64,000 nucleotides of DNA. Origin: Chloroflexota bacterium (GTDB lineage Bacteria; Chloroflexota; Limnocylindria; Limnocylindrales; CSP1-4). Shown one piece after another: positions 18,788-28,190 of the stretch. The stretch lies in contig JBBIIL010000003.1 in the NCBI GenBank assembly GCA_037446495.1, positions 10,757 to 74,756 of the forward strand. Direction: 5' to 3'. How positions within the stretch are numbered: the stretch's first letter is position 1; the number at the start of each line of letters is the position of its first letter. Under the pieces are notes generated by a model. It did not search any database, was not told where the DNA came from, and saw only the letters and a program-made list of their open reading frames with translations. Position numbers and translations under genes: made by a program.

Positions 18788-20625
18788 GGCACCGCATCCC
18801 CTTCCCCGACGCGATGGTCCGCGGACCCGGCCACGCGCAGCGCAAGGACCGCCTCCTCCAGCGAGACGGGCGGCCACGGCTCCGCGCCAACGTCGCCGAG
18901 CCGCAGCGCGACCCGCGTCACGGCTGGCGCCTCCAGGCCCGCCATCGCCAGGAGCGGTGCGTCCACGAAGACCTGCCGCGCCGGCGCATCCGCCACCAGA
19001 CGCCCGCCGTCCATGACGATCAGGCGCTGGGCCACTCGTCCAAGGAAGGCCATGTCATGGCTCGCGATCAGCACCGCGCAACCGTTCGCCGCCGCCGCGC
19101 GCACGCGCTCCTCCATGATCCCGGCCAGTCGAACGCCTGCCCCGGTCGTGGGCTCGTCGAGGACGAGGACCCGCGGATCCATCGTGAGCACCGCGCCCAG
19201 CGCCACGAGCTTGCGCTCCGCCCGCCCCAGTCGCAGCGGGTGGCGCTCCAGCAGGTCGCCCAGCTCAAGTGCCTGCGCCAGCTCGCGAACGCGCTCGCTG
19301 ATGCGCGCCTCGGACAGCCCGAGCGCCCGTGGCCCCAGGGCCAGCTCGTCCGCGACGGTGGCCGCGAACAGCTGCCGGGCCGGATCCTGGAACACCGAGC
19401 TGACGTGGGCGGCCAGCGTCCGCACAGGGTGCGACGAGGTGTCAAGGCCATCCACGCTGATGCTGCCCGCAGCTGGCCGCAGGAGGCCGTTGACGAGCCG
19501 CCCGAGCGTGGTCTTGCCGCTGCCGTTGGCGCCGACGATCCCGACGACCTCGCCCGCGGCAACCGTGAGCGACGCGCCGGCCACCGCTGGGGCGGCCGCG
19601 CCCGGGTAGCGGTAGGTGACGTCGCGGACATCGACGAGCACGAGCGAGACAGCCTCCTCCCCTGCTGCCGGTGTGCTGTCAGCCGCCCTGCGCGCTGGGA
19701 GGCCGGCGGCCGCGCCTCGCACCCGGCGCCCCAGCCGCCGCGCGATCTGCTCGACGGTCGTGGGCACCGGCGCCGGCAGCCCCAGAGCTTCGCCCAGAAC
19801 GGCCGACTCGGTTGAGCGGATGCCGAGCCGGCCCAGCGTCGCGGGCGAGCCGAGCACGTCTGCGGGCACTCCGTCCGCGACCACGCGGCCCTGGTCGAGG
19901 ACCACGATGCGCGTCGCGTCGTCGGCGAACGCCTCCACAGCCTGGTCGGCCACCAGGATCGTCACGCCGTGCTCACGGTTGAGCCGCCGCAGGATCCCGA
20001 AGACCGCGCGCCGGCCCGCCGGGTCCAGGTTGGCCGACGGCTCGTCGAGGACCAGGATCGACGGTCCCGTCACCAGGGCGCAGGCGATGGCCAGCCGCTG
20101 GAGCTCGCCCCCCGAGAGCGTGGACGGCACGCGCGACTCGAAGCCGGCGAGTCCGACCGAGTTGAGCGCGGCTGTGATGCGCGGGTCCATCTCGGCCGCC
20201 GGCACCCCGAGGTTCTCCAGCCCGAATGCGACCTCGTCGGCCACGGTGGCCTGCGTGGCGCCGAGCGAGGGGTCGTCGAACACGAGTCCCACGTGGCGCG
20301 CCCACTCACGGACCGGCACGACGCGCGGGTCCCGGCCCAGCACGCTGATCGCGCCGAACGTCTCGCCGCGCACCAGCTGCGGCACCACCCCGTCGAGCGC
20401 TGTCAGGAGCGTGGTGACGCCGGCGCCGGGCGCGCCCAGCACGCCCACGTACTCGCCCAGTCGCACCTCGAGCGTGACCCGGTCCAGGGCTTCGCGGCTC
20501 GCAGCGACGTGGCGAAAGCCGAAGCCTGCGAGGGCGATGACAGGGTCGGGCGGCTCCGTCAAACTGGCGGGTCCCCAGTCGGGAGCGTCAGGCGGCCTTG
20601 GGCCACAGCAGGGCGGCGACGGCAA
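18784..20625 (-). CDS. ECF transporter fused ATPase (duplicated ABC domains, EcfA1-A2)
   Basis: Two Walker A motifs (GVLGAPGAGVTTLL and GIVGANGSGKTTLG). Two signature/Walker B sets (LSGGELQRLAIACALV...LVLDEPS and a second set). Confidence 0.85.
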   Translation of the reverse strand: MPSPPCCGPRPPDAPDWGPASLTEPPDPVIALAGFGFRHVAASREALDRVTLEVRLGEYVGVLGAPGAGVTTLLTALDGVVPQLVRGETFGAISVLGRDPRVVPVREWARHVGLVFDDPSLGATQATVADEVAFGLENLGVPAAEMDPRITAALNSVGLAGFESRVPSTLSGGELQRLAIACALVTGPSILVLDEPSANLDPAGRRAVFGILRRLNREHGVTILVADQAVEAFADDATRIVVLDQGRVVADGVPADVLGSPATLGRLGIRSTESAVLGEALGLPAPVPTTVEQIARRLGRRVRGAAAGLPARRAADSTPAAGEEAVSLVLVDVRDVTYRYPGAAAPAVAGASLTVAAGEVVGIVGANGSGKTTLGRLVNGLLRPAAGSISVDGLDTSSHPVRTLAAHVSSVFQDPARQLFAATVADELALGPRALGLSEARISERVRELAQALELGDLLERHPLRLGRAERKLVALGAVLTMDPRVLVLDEPTTGAGVRLAGIMEERVRAAAANGCAVLIASHDMAFLGRVAQRLIVMDGGRLVADAPARQVFVDAPLLAMAGLEAPAVTRVALRLGDVGAEPWPPVSLEEAVLALRVAGSADHRVGEGDAVP

Positions 20626-21280
20626 AGGCCACGCCCATCGCGGTGCCCGCGACTGCCGTCCCCAGGATGCCGAATCGCGACTGCGCCGGGAGCCGGACGC
20701 CCGCGAGGTACACCTCGGGCAGGGCGCGGACCAGGGCGAGGCCGATCGACGCGGCGATCAGCTTGTCGGCGGCGTTGCTCACCAGGTTCGAGAAGAAGAC
20801 CGACAGCCCCTGGTCCAGCCCGACAAGCTCGAACAGGAACGTGATCGCGTCCGACGCGCTGCCGGTTGCGCCGCCGTAGAGCCAGAGGACGATCGGCGAG
20901 GCCGCGACCGCAGACACCACCGCCACGACGATCCCGAGCCCGAGGAACGACCCCGCCGACCGGCCCAGGCCGAACCGCCGGATGCCGTAGCCCCAGAGCA
21001 GCGCCACGACCACGCTGACGATCGCGAACGGCACCGTGCCCGGGTCGAACGTGAACGAGGCCACGACGTTGTACGAGACGCCGGCTGCCGCGCCCCACCA
21101 CGGCCCGAGGATCACCGCGGCCACGAACGTGCCCACGGTGTCGAGATAGACCACGGGGATGGCGAGCGTCTTGGCGAGGAACCCGCCGAAGACATTGATG
21201 GCGGCGCACAGGGCAACGATCATCACGGCCTGCGTGGCGCTCACGTACAGCGGCAGGCGCGCGTGGGCTCCCGGCGCCAT
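20588..21280 (-). CDS. ECF transporter S (substrate-specific) component, substrate unknown
   Basis: Approximately 230-aa polytopic membrane protein (6 TM) immediately upstream of EcfA/EcfT. RBS GGAGGAGG precedes an ATG at 21280. Confidence 0.65.
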   Translation of the reverse strand: MAPGAHARLPLYVSATQAVMIVALCAAINVFGGFLAKTLAIPVVYLDTVGTFVAAVILGPWWGAAAGVSYNVVASFTFDPGTVPFAIVSVVVALLWGYGIRRFGLGRSAGSFLGLGIVVAVVSAVAASPIVLWLYGGATGSASDAITFLFELVGLDQGLSVFFSNLVSNAADKLIAASIGLALVRALPEVYLAGVRLPAQSRFGILGTAVAGTAMGVAFAVAALLWPKAA

Positions 21281-21461
21281 TCGAACCTCCTCCACCCGAC
21301 AGTGGGCCCGCGGCCCCCGTCACGGGTCGTAGGCGCACACGATACCGGCTCGCACCACGCGTGCGCGAGCCCCGAAAGCAGGCGCCGAGCCCTGCCTCGG
21401 GCCGACGTTCCACGCGTCAACGCGGCGCATGACGACGGGCAGCCGCACTGGGGTTTGACAG

Positions 21462-21514
21462 CAGCCTCGCCGGGGGGGGACACAGCCTCGCCGGGGGGCA
21501 GCCTCGCCGGGGGG
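21462..21514. repeat. three tandem direct repeats of CAGCCTCGCCGGGGGG (G6-G8 runs) in the ECF-S / methyltransferase divergent intergenic region
   Basis: cagcctcgccgggggggg aca cagcctcgccgggggg cagcctcgccgggggg, with a GGGG run about 10 bp upstream. This gives four G-runs and G-quadruplex potential on the plus strand. Confidence 0.6.
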
Positions 21515-21938
21515 CTTGCGCACTGGGTCGATAATGGAGACCTCCAAACCTCCTCCGTGCATGGGCGTTCCGGGAGGCAACGAGGAATGGCGATGCGATC
21601 GGCTCTGAGCCTGGGCTCGCGACGGCGCCCGAATCTGGCGCGTCGGCTGACGGCGAGCGAAGACGCATCGCACGGTGCCTCGAATCCGGTCAGCCGCCCT
21701 CGCGCGGGCAACATCTCGAGCGACACCCGAGCCGGCCTCTGAGGCGGTCCGGGGCACGGGCTCCGAACCGCCGGGCGCACGAGGGGCCGCTCCGGCCGCG
21801 GCCGGTCCCCCACGCAACCCATCGCGGGCCGCCGTCCACGGACATGGCGGCCCGTTGTCGTGTCCCCCGCGACGTCCGCGCGCCAAGGGCCGCGAGCGCA
21901 ACGCCAAGACCCCTCACGCCGCCGGTAGACTCCCGGGC

Positions 21939-22787
21939 ATGAATCCCGACGAGCTCGACGTCCGACCCGCCACGCCCGAGGAGTCGGCCGACCCCGGCCA
22001 CATGCACGCGGCCAACCGCGTAGCGTGGGACCAGGCCGCCGAGGACTATGAGCGACGCCTGGCCGGATCGATCGAGCGTCTGCGCGTCGGCCGGTCCTCG
22101 CTCCTGCCGGTCGAGCTCGACCTGATCGGCGACCTGCACGCCCGCTGCGACCACGCGATCCACGTCCAGTGCGCTGGCGGCGAGGACACGATCTCGCTCT
22201 GGCTGGCGGGCGCTGCGCGGGTGACCGGCATCGATTTCAGCCCGCGGATGCTCGACCTCGCCCGGCGGCTGGCGGCGGCGGTGGACGTCCCGGCAACCTG
22301 GGTGGAGGCCGACGTGCTCGACCTGCCCCGGGAGCTCGACGACACCGCGGACCTGGTCTACACCGGGCGCGGGTCGATCATGTGGGTCCAGGACCTCGAG
22401 GCCTGGGCGGCCGGTCTGGCGCGCCTCCCGAAGCCCGGCGGCCGACTCGTGCTCTTCGAGGGGCACCCTGCCGAGTGGCTGTTCGACGGCGATGGTGAGG
22501 GCGGCTGGCTCCTGACCGAGTACGACTACTTCGCCGGACCCGAGGCGTCGCGCGGCTGGTCGCCCGCGTACATCGAGCAACTCTCGCTCCCGGATGAGCA
22601 GCAGGCGTGGAAGTTCGCCCGGGCCTGGACGCTGGGCGAGGTGGTCACGGCGCTGTTGGGCTCGGGCCTGCGCGTGGAGACCGTGACTGAGCACCCCGTG
22701 GACTGGTACGGCGGGCACCGCGACGTGCACCCCGCCCAGCGCGGCCGCCTGCCGCTGTCGTTCTCGGTGACGGCGACGCGTCCGTAG
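21939..22787 (+). CDS. class I SAM-dependent methyltransferase
   Basis: VQCAGGEDTISLWLAGAARVTGIDFSPRMLDLAR...VEADVLDLP...DLVYTGRGSIMWV: motif I GxGxG-like plus acidic motif II. Confidence 0.75.
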   Translation: MNPDELDVRPATPEESADPGHMHAANRVAWDQAAEDYERRLAGSIERLRVGRSSLLPVELDLIGDLHARCDHAIHVQCAGGEDTISLWLAGAARVTGIDFSPRMLDLARRLAAAVDVPATWVEADVLDLPRELDDTADLVYTGRGSIMWVQDLEAWAAGLARLPKPGGRLVLFEGHPAEWLFDGDGEGGWLLTEYDYFAGPEASRGWSPAYIEQLSLPDEQQAWKFARAWTLGEVVTALLGSGLRVETVTEHPVDWYGGHRDVHPAQRGRLPLSFSVTATRP

Positions 22788-22799
22788 CCACCGAGACGG

Positions 22800-24011
22800 C
22801 TACGTTCGTACCTGCCCGCCCGGGTGGAGGCGATCGGGCGAGAGCGCCCAGGAGAGCGGGAGCATCGACACCGCAAGCCCAAGCAGCAGCCACAGGCTGA
22901 CTAGGAAGGACCCCGTCGCATCGCGGACTGCGCCGAGCGCGAACGGTGCCGCGGACGCGATCAGGTAGCCCACCAGGAGCATTAGGGCCGACGCCCCGCC
23001 TGCACCGTGCGCGTCGGGCGCGACGTCGGTCGGGAGCGTCAGGACCATCGTGAACATCAGGCCCAGACCGGAGCCGAGGACCACCACCCAGAGCCATGCG
23101 AAGCCGGGCACCAGCACCACCCCGCCGATCCCCACCGCCGCCGAGCCTGCCGCTACGGCCAGCAGCTGGCGGCGCTCAGCGCCTCGCCGCGATGCCAGGG
23201 GTGCCACGACGATCGACGCGAGGCCCGCCAGACTCGAGACCGACAGCAGGGCCGCGGCGGCCGCCGGATCCCAGCCGCGCTCCACGTAGAAGCTGGGCAG
23301 CCAGGCGTTGACGCCATAGAAGACGGCCGACTGGAGGCCGAACAGGAGGCCCAGCGCCCAGACGATCGGTCGGCGCACGGGAATGTGTAGGCGCCCAACA
23401 CCCATGGGGCTCGCGCGGCGGGCACCATGCCCGGCCCGCGCCGTGAGGGCGAGCCAGGCCACCACGCCCAGTGCGGACAGCGCCGACACGAGTCCAAGCG
23501 ACACCCGCCAGCCTCCCAGTGCCATCGCTGCCGGCACGACGAGGCCCGCCGTGATGGCCTGGCCGAGCGTGGTCCCGCCGGCATACGCCGCCGTGCCGGC
23601 GACGCGGTGGTGCGGCAGCGCGCCTCGGACGAACATCGCCAGCATCGGCCCGGCGGTGGCTGTGGCGACACCGATGACCAGCGTGAGGACGAGGATCGCG
23701 GGCTCCCCGGGCACCAGGGCCCGCACAAGGCCGGCCAGGGCCACCGCGCCGGCCGCGAGCGTGATCGCCGGACGGACGCCCAGCCGCCCCGCCAGCACCG
23801 GGCCAGCAGGGGCGAAGAGGCCCATGCACAGGATCGGGATGGTGGTGAGGAGCCCGACGAACGCGTGGCTGACGCCCAGGTCGTCGATGATCCGGCCCGA
23901 CAGTGGCCCGATCCCCGCCAGCTGCGGCCGCAGGGCGAGCGACACCAGAACGAGCCCCGCCAGCACGCCGACCGGTGCGGCGCCATCCGGGGCTCGTCGA
24001 TGGTCGGGCAC
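22800..24011 (-). CDS. MFS transporter (CynX/NimT-like)
   Basis: 12 TM helices with typical MFS loop motifs (GRLGVRPAI, etc.). Confidence 0.8.
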   Translation of the reverse strand: MPDHRRAPDGAAPVGVLAGLVLVSLALRPQLAGIGPLSGRIIDDLGVSHAFVGLLTTIPILCMGLFAPAGPVLAGRLGVRPAITLAAGAVALAGLVRALVPGEPAILVLTLVIGVATATAGPMLAMFVRGALPHHRVAGTAAYAGGTTLGQAITAGLVVPAAMALGGWRVSLGLVSALSALGVVAWLALTARAGHGARRASPMGVGRLHIPVRRPIVWALGLLFGLQSAVFYGVNAWLPSFYVERGWDPAAAAALLSVSSLAGLASIVVAPLASRRGAERRQLLAVAAGSAAVGIGGVVLVPGFAWLWVVVLGSGLGLMFTMVLTLPTDVAPDAHGAGGASALMLLVGYLIASAAPFALGAVRDATGSFLVSLWLLLGLAVSMLPLSWALSPDRLHPGGQVRT

Positions 24012-24037
24012 GCGGCAAGGATGCCAGAGGTCGCTTC

Positions 24038-24292
24038 GTGCGCGCCGCCACGCCCCTTGACGACCCTCCCCTGTGGAGCGAGCATCGCGCCGTGGACGAC
24101 GACGACGATCTCGACCCGCGCGAGGCTGCCCGCGTCCGGCGCCGCGACCACGACGCCGACGCCGAGCGACGCGACCTCCTGCGCCCCGGCATGGGCAAGG
24201 TGTTCAAGCAGATCACGGACACCTGGGAGCGCGAGGCCACCCGGCCGCCGAAGCCCTCGCCCGGCTCGCGGGCGAAGGATCAGGACCTCTAG
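24038..24292 (+). CDS. hypothetical small protein (questionable)
   Basis: In-frame GTG. Acidic segment RAVDDDDDLDPREAARVRRRDHDADAERRDLLRPGMGKVFKQITDTWERE. No RBS was verified and no family recognised. Confidence 0.2.
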   Translation: MRAATPLDDPPLWSEHRAVDDDDDLDPREAARVRRRDHDADAERRDLLRPGMGKVFKQITDTWEREATRPPKPSPGSRAKDQDL

Positions 24293-24360
24293 GGCTCCAA
24301 CAGGCCCGTCCGCAGGGACACCGTTCCGCACGGGCGGGCCGCCTCTGGTAGCGTCGCAGC

Positions 24361-25593
24361 GTGCACCCCGCCGAGCTCCAGACCTCGTACAGCGCTGTCT
24401 TCCGCATCCCCTCGATGGGCAGGATCCTGCTCGGGATGGTCGTCAGCCGGGTCGCTGCGGGCATGCTGGGCGTGGCGCTGGTGCTGTTCACGCTCGAGCG
24501 GTTCAAGTCACCGGAGCTCGCCGGCCTGGTCACGTTCACGAGCGTCACGCCGGGCCTGATCGTCGGGCCGATCGCCGGTGCACTGCTCGACCGCCACGGC
24601 CGCGCGCGCCTGATCATCGTGGACCAGAGCGCGGCGTTCGTGTCGCTGCTCGCGATCGCCGTCCTGGCCATGACCGACGCCCTCACGCCCGCCCTCCTGG
24701 TCGCGATCACGGCCGTCGCCGGCCTGACGCACCCGCTCTCGAACGTGGGCCTGCGGACGCTGTTCCCGCTCATCGTCCCGCGCCGCCTCTGGGAGCGAGT
24801 CAACGCGCTCGACTCCAACGGCTACGTCGTGGCGACGCTCATCGGCCCCCCTGCCGCGGGCGTGCTCGTCGAGACGCTCGGCGGCCCGCCAGCGCTCCTC
24901 ATCATCGCCTCGCTGTATGCGGTCGCCGCCGTCGTCATCGTCGGCGTCAAGGATCCACCGGGCTCCACCTCGGCCGAGGGCCGGATCCTCCGCAATGCCT
25001 GGGACGGCCTGCGCTACACCGCCCACAACAAGACGCTGCTCGGCATCGGCATCGGGCTCGCCGTGCTGAACGTCGGCGGCGGCATCCTGTCGATCGTGCT
25101 GCCCGTCATCCTCCTCGACCATCTCCACCTCGGCGGGGCCGTGGTGGGCGGCGTGTGGGCGGTCATGGGCGTCACCGGCGGGATCGGTGCGCTGCTGGCC
25201 GGGCGCTTGCGGATCAGCGGCATGGAGAAGCAGATCCTGGTCTTCGGGATGGCCGGCTACGCCGCGACGGGCCTGCTGGTGCTCGCCTCCCCAACCCTCG
25301 CGGTGATCCTGCTGACGGTCGCCCTGCAGGGGCTCGTCAACGGGCCGATGGACGTGGCGATGTTCACGCTCCGCCAGCGCCGGACCGACCCCGCCTGGCT
25401 CGGGCGGGCGTTCGCGGTGTCGATGTCGCTCAACTTCCTCGGCTATCCCATCGGAGCGGCGGTCGGCGGACAACTGGTCGGCATCAGCTCGGCTGTCGCC
25501 ATCGGCGTCGCCATCACCGTGACGGCCGTGTCAGCGGTCCTCGCGTGGTGGTTCATCCCGCGCAACGCGCCGACGTTCGACGCGGGGGGCTGA
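24361..25593 (+). CDS. MFS transporter (EntS/macrolide-efflux-like)
   Basis: 12 TM helices. Typical motif LLDRHGRARLII. Confidence 0.8.
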   Translation: MHPAELQTSYSAVFRIPSMGRILLGMVVSRVAAGMLGVALVLFTLERFKSPELAGLVTFTSVTPGLIVGPIAGALLDRHGRARLIIVDQSAAFVSLLAIAVLAMTDALTPALLVAITAVAGLTHPLSNVGLRTLFPLIVPRRLWERVNALDSNGYVVATLIGPPAAGVLVETLGGPPALLIIASLYAVAAVVIVGVKDPPGSTSAEGRILRNAWDGLRYTAHNKTLLGIGIGLAVLNVGGGILSIVLPVILLDHLHLGGAVVGGVWAVMGVTGGIGALLAGRLRISGMEKQILVFGMAGYAATGLLVLASPTLAVILLTVALQGLVNGPMDVAMFTLRQRRTDPAWLGRAFAVSMSLNFLGYPIGAAVGGQLVGISSAVAIGVAITVTAVSAVLAWWFIPRNAPTFDAGG

Positions 25594-25617
25594 GCGCACC
25601 GAACGAGCCGGACGCGC

Positions 25618-25934
25618 TTACGCCTGGGCGGCGTCGATCCCCGTGAAGGCGCCGTCCGCTTCGCGGACCATCCGGCGGACCTCGACCACCGCCAACGGGT
25701 CGATGGCCCCGTAGATGTGCGGAAACCGCTGGTCAGGGTCGTCGAAGCGCCACGAGCTCCCCGTCGCGTCGAGGTCGACGGTCAGGACGACGAACGATCG
25801 CGGGTCGTCGCGGTAGAACCGGTTGGCCGTCGCCACCATGCCGACGTCGCCGTCGGTGCAGTGGATGAACCCCTCGTCGGGGTAGGTTGCCGGGGCGTAG
25901 AGCGTCGTGGGGTCCCGCGACGCCCAGACCTCGG
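25618..25934 (-). CDS. DUF952 family protein
   Basis: MLPAEVWASRDPTTLYAPATYPDEGFIHCTDGDVGMVATANRFY...RFPHIYGAIDPLAVVEV is the DUF952 pattern (FIHCS...FPHLYG). Confidence 0.7.
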
Positions 25935-25961
25935 CCGGCAGCATGTGGAGGGTCAGGCGGC

Positions 25962-28001
25962 TCACGCCTCCCCATCCACCGCCGGCTCGTCCACGCTCAC
26001 CCAGCGACGGTCCACGATCACGTGGATCAGCGTGGGGCCGGAGGCCGCAAGCGCAGTGCGGAGGGCGGGCTCGAAGGCTGCATCGGTGTCCACGCGCACG
26101 CCCCTCGCCCCGCAGGCGCGAGCGGCCGCAGCGAAGTCCAGCGGTCCGAGGTCGGTCCCTGGCGACGCCGGGCTGCCGCGCCGCTCCTGGTGGTCGCGGA
26201 TCATCCCGTAGCGCTCGTTGTCGAACACCACCGCGACCACGTGGGCTCCCTCCCGGACGGCCGTCTCCATCTCGGCGAGCGTCATGCCCATCCCGCCGTC
26301 CCCGATCAGCGCCACGACGCGCCGCTCGTGGTGGACCACCGAGGCCGCCAGCGCGGCCGGGAAGGCATAGCCCATGGCGCCCGAGGTGGGCCCGAGGAAC
26401 GTGCCCGGGCGCCGGAAGCGGAAGCCGCGGGCTGCCCAGCCGGCGAAGGCGCCGGCGTCGGTGGTGACGATGGCGTCCTCGGGCAGAAGCCGCCGCAGGT
26501 CGGCGACGGCCTTGCCCGGGTTGACGCCGGGGCCGCTCCACGGGTGGTGGTCCACGACGCTGGCAGCCTCGTAGGCTGCCCGGTCGGCGAGGTTGGAACG
26601 GTCGCGCGAGGCGACCGGCTCGGCCAGCAGCACGGCGTCCTTGAGCCTCGCCGTGGCGGCGCGCAGGAACGCACGGGCGTCCGCCCGGATCGCGAGCAGC
26701 GGCGCGGGTGCGTCGCCCACGGCCGCGGTGCGCGGCTCGACGTCGATGTGGATCCACCGCTGGCCCGGCGCCGGGAGCGTGTACCCCGCCGTGGTGGGCT
26801 CCGAGAGCCGCGAGCCGATCACCACGAGCACGTCCGCGGCCGCGATCCGCTCGCGAACGACCTTCGGGCTGCCGAAGCCGGTCATGCCCAGGTACAGCGG
26901 GTGGTCATTGGGGATCACGTCACCGCGGCGCCAGGACGACACCACGGGGACGTGGAGCAGCTCAGCGAGACGCACGAGGTCATTGGAGCAGCGGGCGCGC
27001 AGCACGCCGGCGCCGGCGAGGATCAGCGGGCGTTCGGCACCGGCGAGCTCGTGGAGCACGGCGCGGACGTCGGCAGCCGAAGGCGCCTCTGGGTGCGGCC
27101 GAACCACGGGCGCCCTGACGCCGTCCGGGAGCGGCAGGTCGAGCACGTCCTCCGGCATCGCCAGGAGCGCGGGTCCGGGACGGCCGTCGAGGACCGCCCG
27201 GGTGGCCGCCTCGAGCGTGGCGGCGGCGGTTTCGGCGTCCTCGATGCGGCCCGCCCACTTGGCCAGCCTCCCGATGGAATCGACGAGGTCCACCTCCTGG
27301 AACGCCTCGCGGCCACGCACGCTGCGGTCCACGTCGCCGACGAGGACGAACAGCGGCGTCGAGTCCGCAGTGGCGGTGTGGATGCCGATGGCGAGGTTGG
27401 CGGCGCCCACCGCACGCGTGCCGAGGCAGGCAGCCGGGCGGCCGGTGAGCTGGCCATACGCCTCGGCGGCCATGGCGGCGGCACCTTCGTGGCGCGTGGC
27501 GACGACACGGATGCCCGCAGCGTGGAACGCGTCGAGGACAGGCAGGAAGCTCTCGCCCGGGACGGTGAAGGCGAGGCGGACGCCGGCCGCGCGCAGGGTG
27601 GCGGCAATCAGCTCGGCGACCGTCGTGGGGGCCGAGGCGGCTGGCTCCGCGTCGGCCTCCGCCGCGGGCTCGGCCAACTCGGCGGCCGCGGGCTCCCCAT
27701 CGGCGGCGGGGGCGTGCTCGAGCTCCGAGGCGGCCGGTGCGTCCGATCCCGCGGTTTCGGACTCGTCGTCGGCGAACAGGATGGGCACGCCAGGCTCCAC
27801 CACTGCCTGAGGCGTGTCCGTCACCGGCTGCACGTCCGCCTGCGCCTCAACCTCGGCGGGCGCCGACTGCAGCGCTTCGGCACCGGCCTCGACCGGCAGC
27901 GCCTGGAGCGCTTCGGCACCGGCCTCGACCGGAATCGCCGAGCCTCCTTCAACCGACTCGGCCGGGGTCTGGTCCTCGAGCTGGCCTTCGACGTCCGACA
28001 T
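25962..28001 (-). CDS. thiamine-pyrophosphate-dependent enzyme (acetolactate-synthase-large-subunit-like) with approximately 130-aa acidic Ala/Glu-rich N-terminal extension
   Basis: TPP motif IGDGGMGMTLAEMETAVREGAHVVAVVFDNERYGM (GDG...N). N-terminal Pyr domain LRAAGVRLAFTVPGESFLPVLDAF. The extension is MSDVEGQLEDQTPAE...AIPVEAGAEALQALPVEAGAEALQSAPAEVEA. Confidence 0.8.
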   Translation of the reverse strand: MSDVEGQLEDQTPAESVEGGSAIPVEAGAEALQALPVEAGAEALQSAPAEVEAQADVQPVTDTPQAVVEPGVPILFADDESETAGSDAPAASELEHAPAADGEPAAAELAEPAAEADAEPAASAPTTVAELIAATLRAAGVRLAFTVPGESFLPVLDAFHAAGIRVVATRHEGAAAMAAEAYGQLTGRPAACLGTRAVGAANLAIGIHTATADSTPLFVLVGDVDRSVRGREAFQEVDLVDSIGRLAKWAGRIEDAETAAATLEAATRAVLDGRPGPALLAMPEDVLDLPLPDGVRAPVVRPHPEAPSAADVRAVLHELAGAERPLILAGAGVLRARCSNDLVRLAELLHVPVVSSWRRGDVIPNDHPLYLGMTGFGSPKVVRERIAAADVLVVIGSRLSEPTTAGYTLPAPGQRWIHIDVEPRTAAVGDAPAPLLAIRADARAFLRAATARLKDAVLLAEPVASRDRSNLADRAAYEAASVVDHHPWSGPGVNPGKAVADLRRLLPEDAIVTTDAGAFAGWAARGFRFRRPGTFLGPTSGAMGYAFPAALAASVVHHERRVVALIGDGGMGMTLAEMETAVREGAHVVAVVFDNERYGMIRDHQERRGSPASPGTDLGPLDFAAAARACGARGVRVDTDAAFEPALRTALAASGPTLIHVIVDRRWVSVDEPAVDGEA
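27861..27932. repeat. 36-bp tandem duplication (2 copies, first 26 nt of the unit identical) inside the TPP-enzyme N-terminal extension
   Basis: agcgcttcggcaccggcctcgaccgg occurs at 27871 and 27907. It encodes PVEAGAEALQA twice. Confidence 0.6.
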
Positions 28002-28066
28002 GTCGACCTCCTTGGGTCCGGCGGGGACGGCGGTCCGTCCGGCGCCGGGGTGTCGTGTTGTGCCGT

Positions 28067-28180
28067 CTACCGCGTGGGTACGGCGGCGCCCATTCCGTAC
28101 AGCATTCCCGCGAGCAGCCCGGCGATCACCATGACCGCAACAACGATCATCACGATCCGGGCGGACTTCGCTCCCGGCAT
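28067..28180 (-). CDS. possible small membrane peptide (about 37 aa)
   Basis: MPGAKSARIVMIVVAVMVIAGLLAGMLYGMGAAVPTR: a single TM helix, 10 bp downstream of yajQ. Confidence 0.25.
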   Translation of the reverse strand: MPGAKSARIVMIVVAVMVIAGLLAGMLYGMGAAVPTR

Positions 28181-28190
28181 CAGGTTCCTC

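Noticed and set aside
21462-21514. Possible CRISPR array (tandem direct repeats).
   Set aside because: There are only three 16-18 bp units and they are essentially adjacent (0-3 bp spacing), with no spacers of 25-40 bp and no cas genes in the window. This is a simple tandem repeat.
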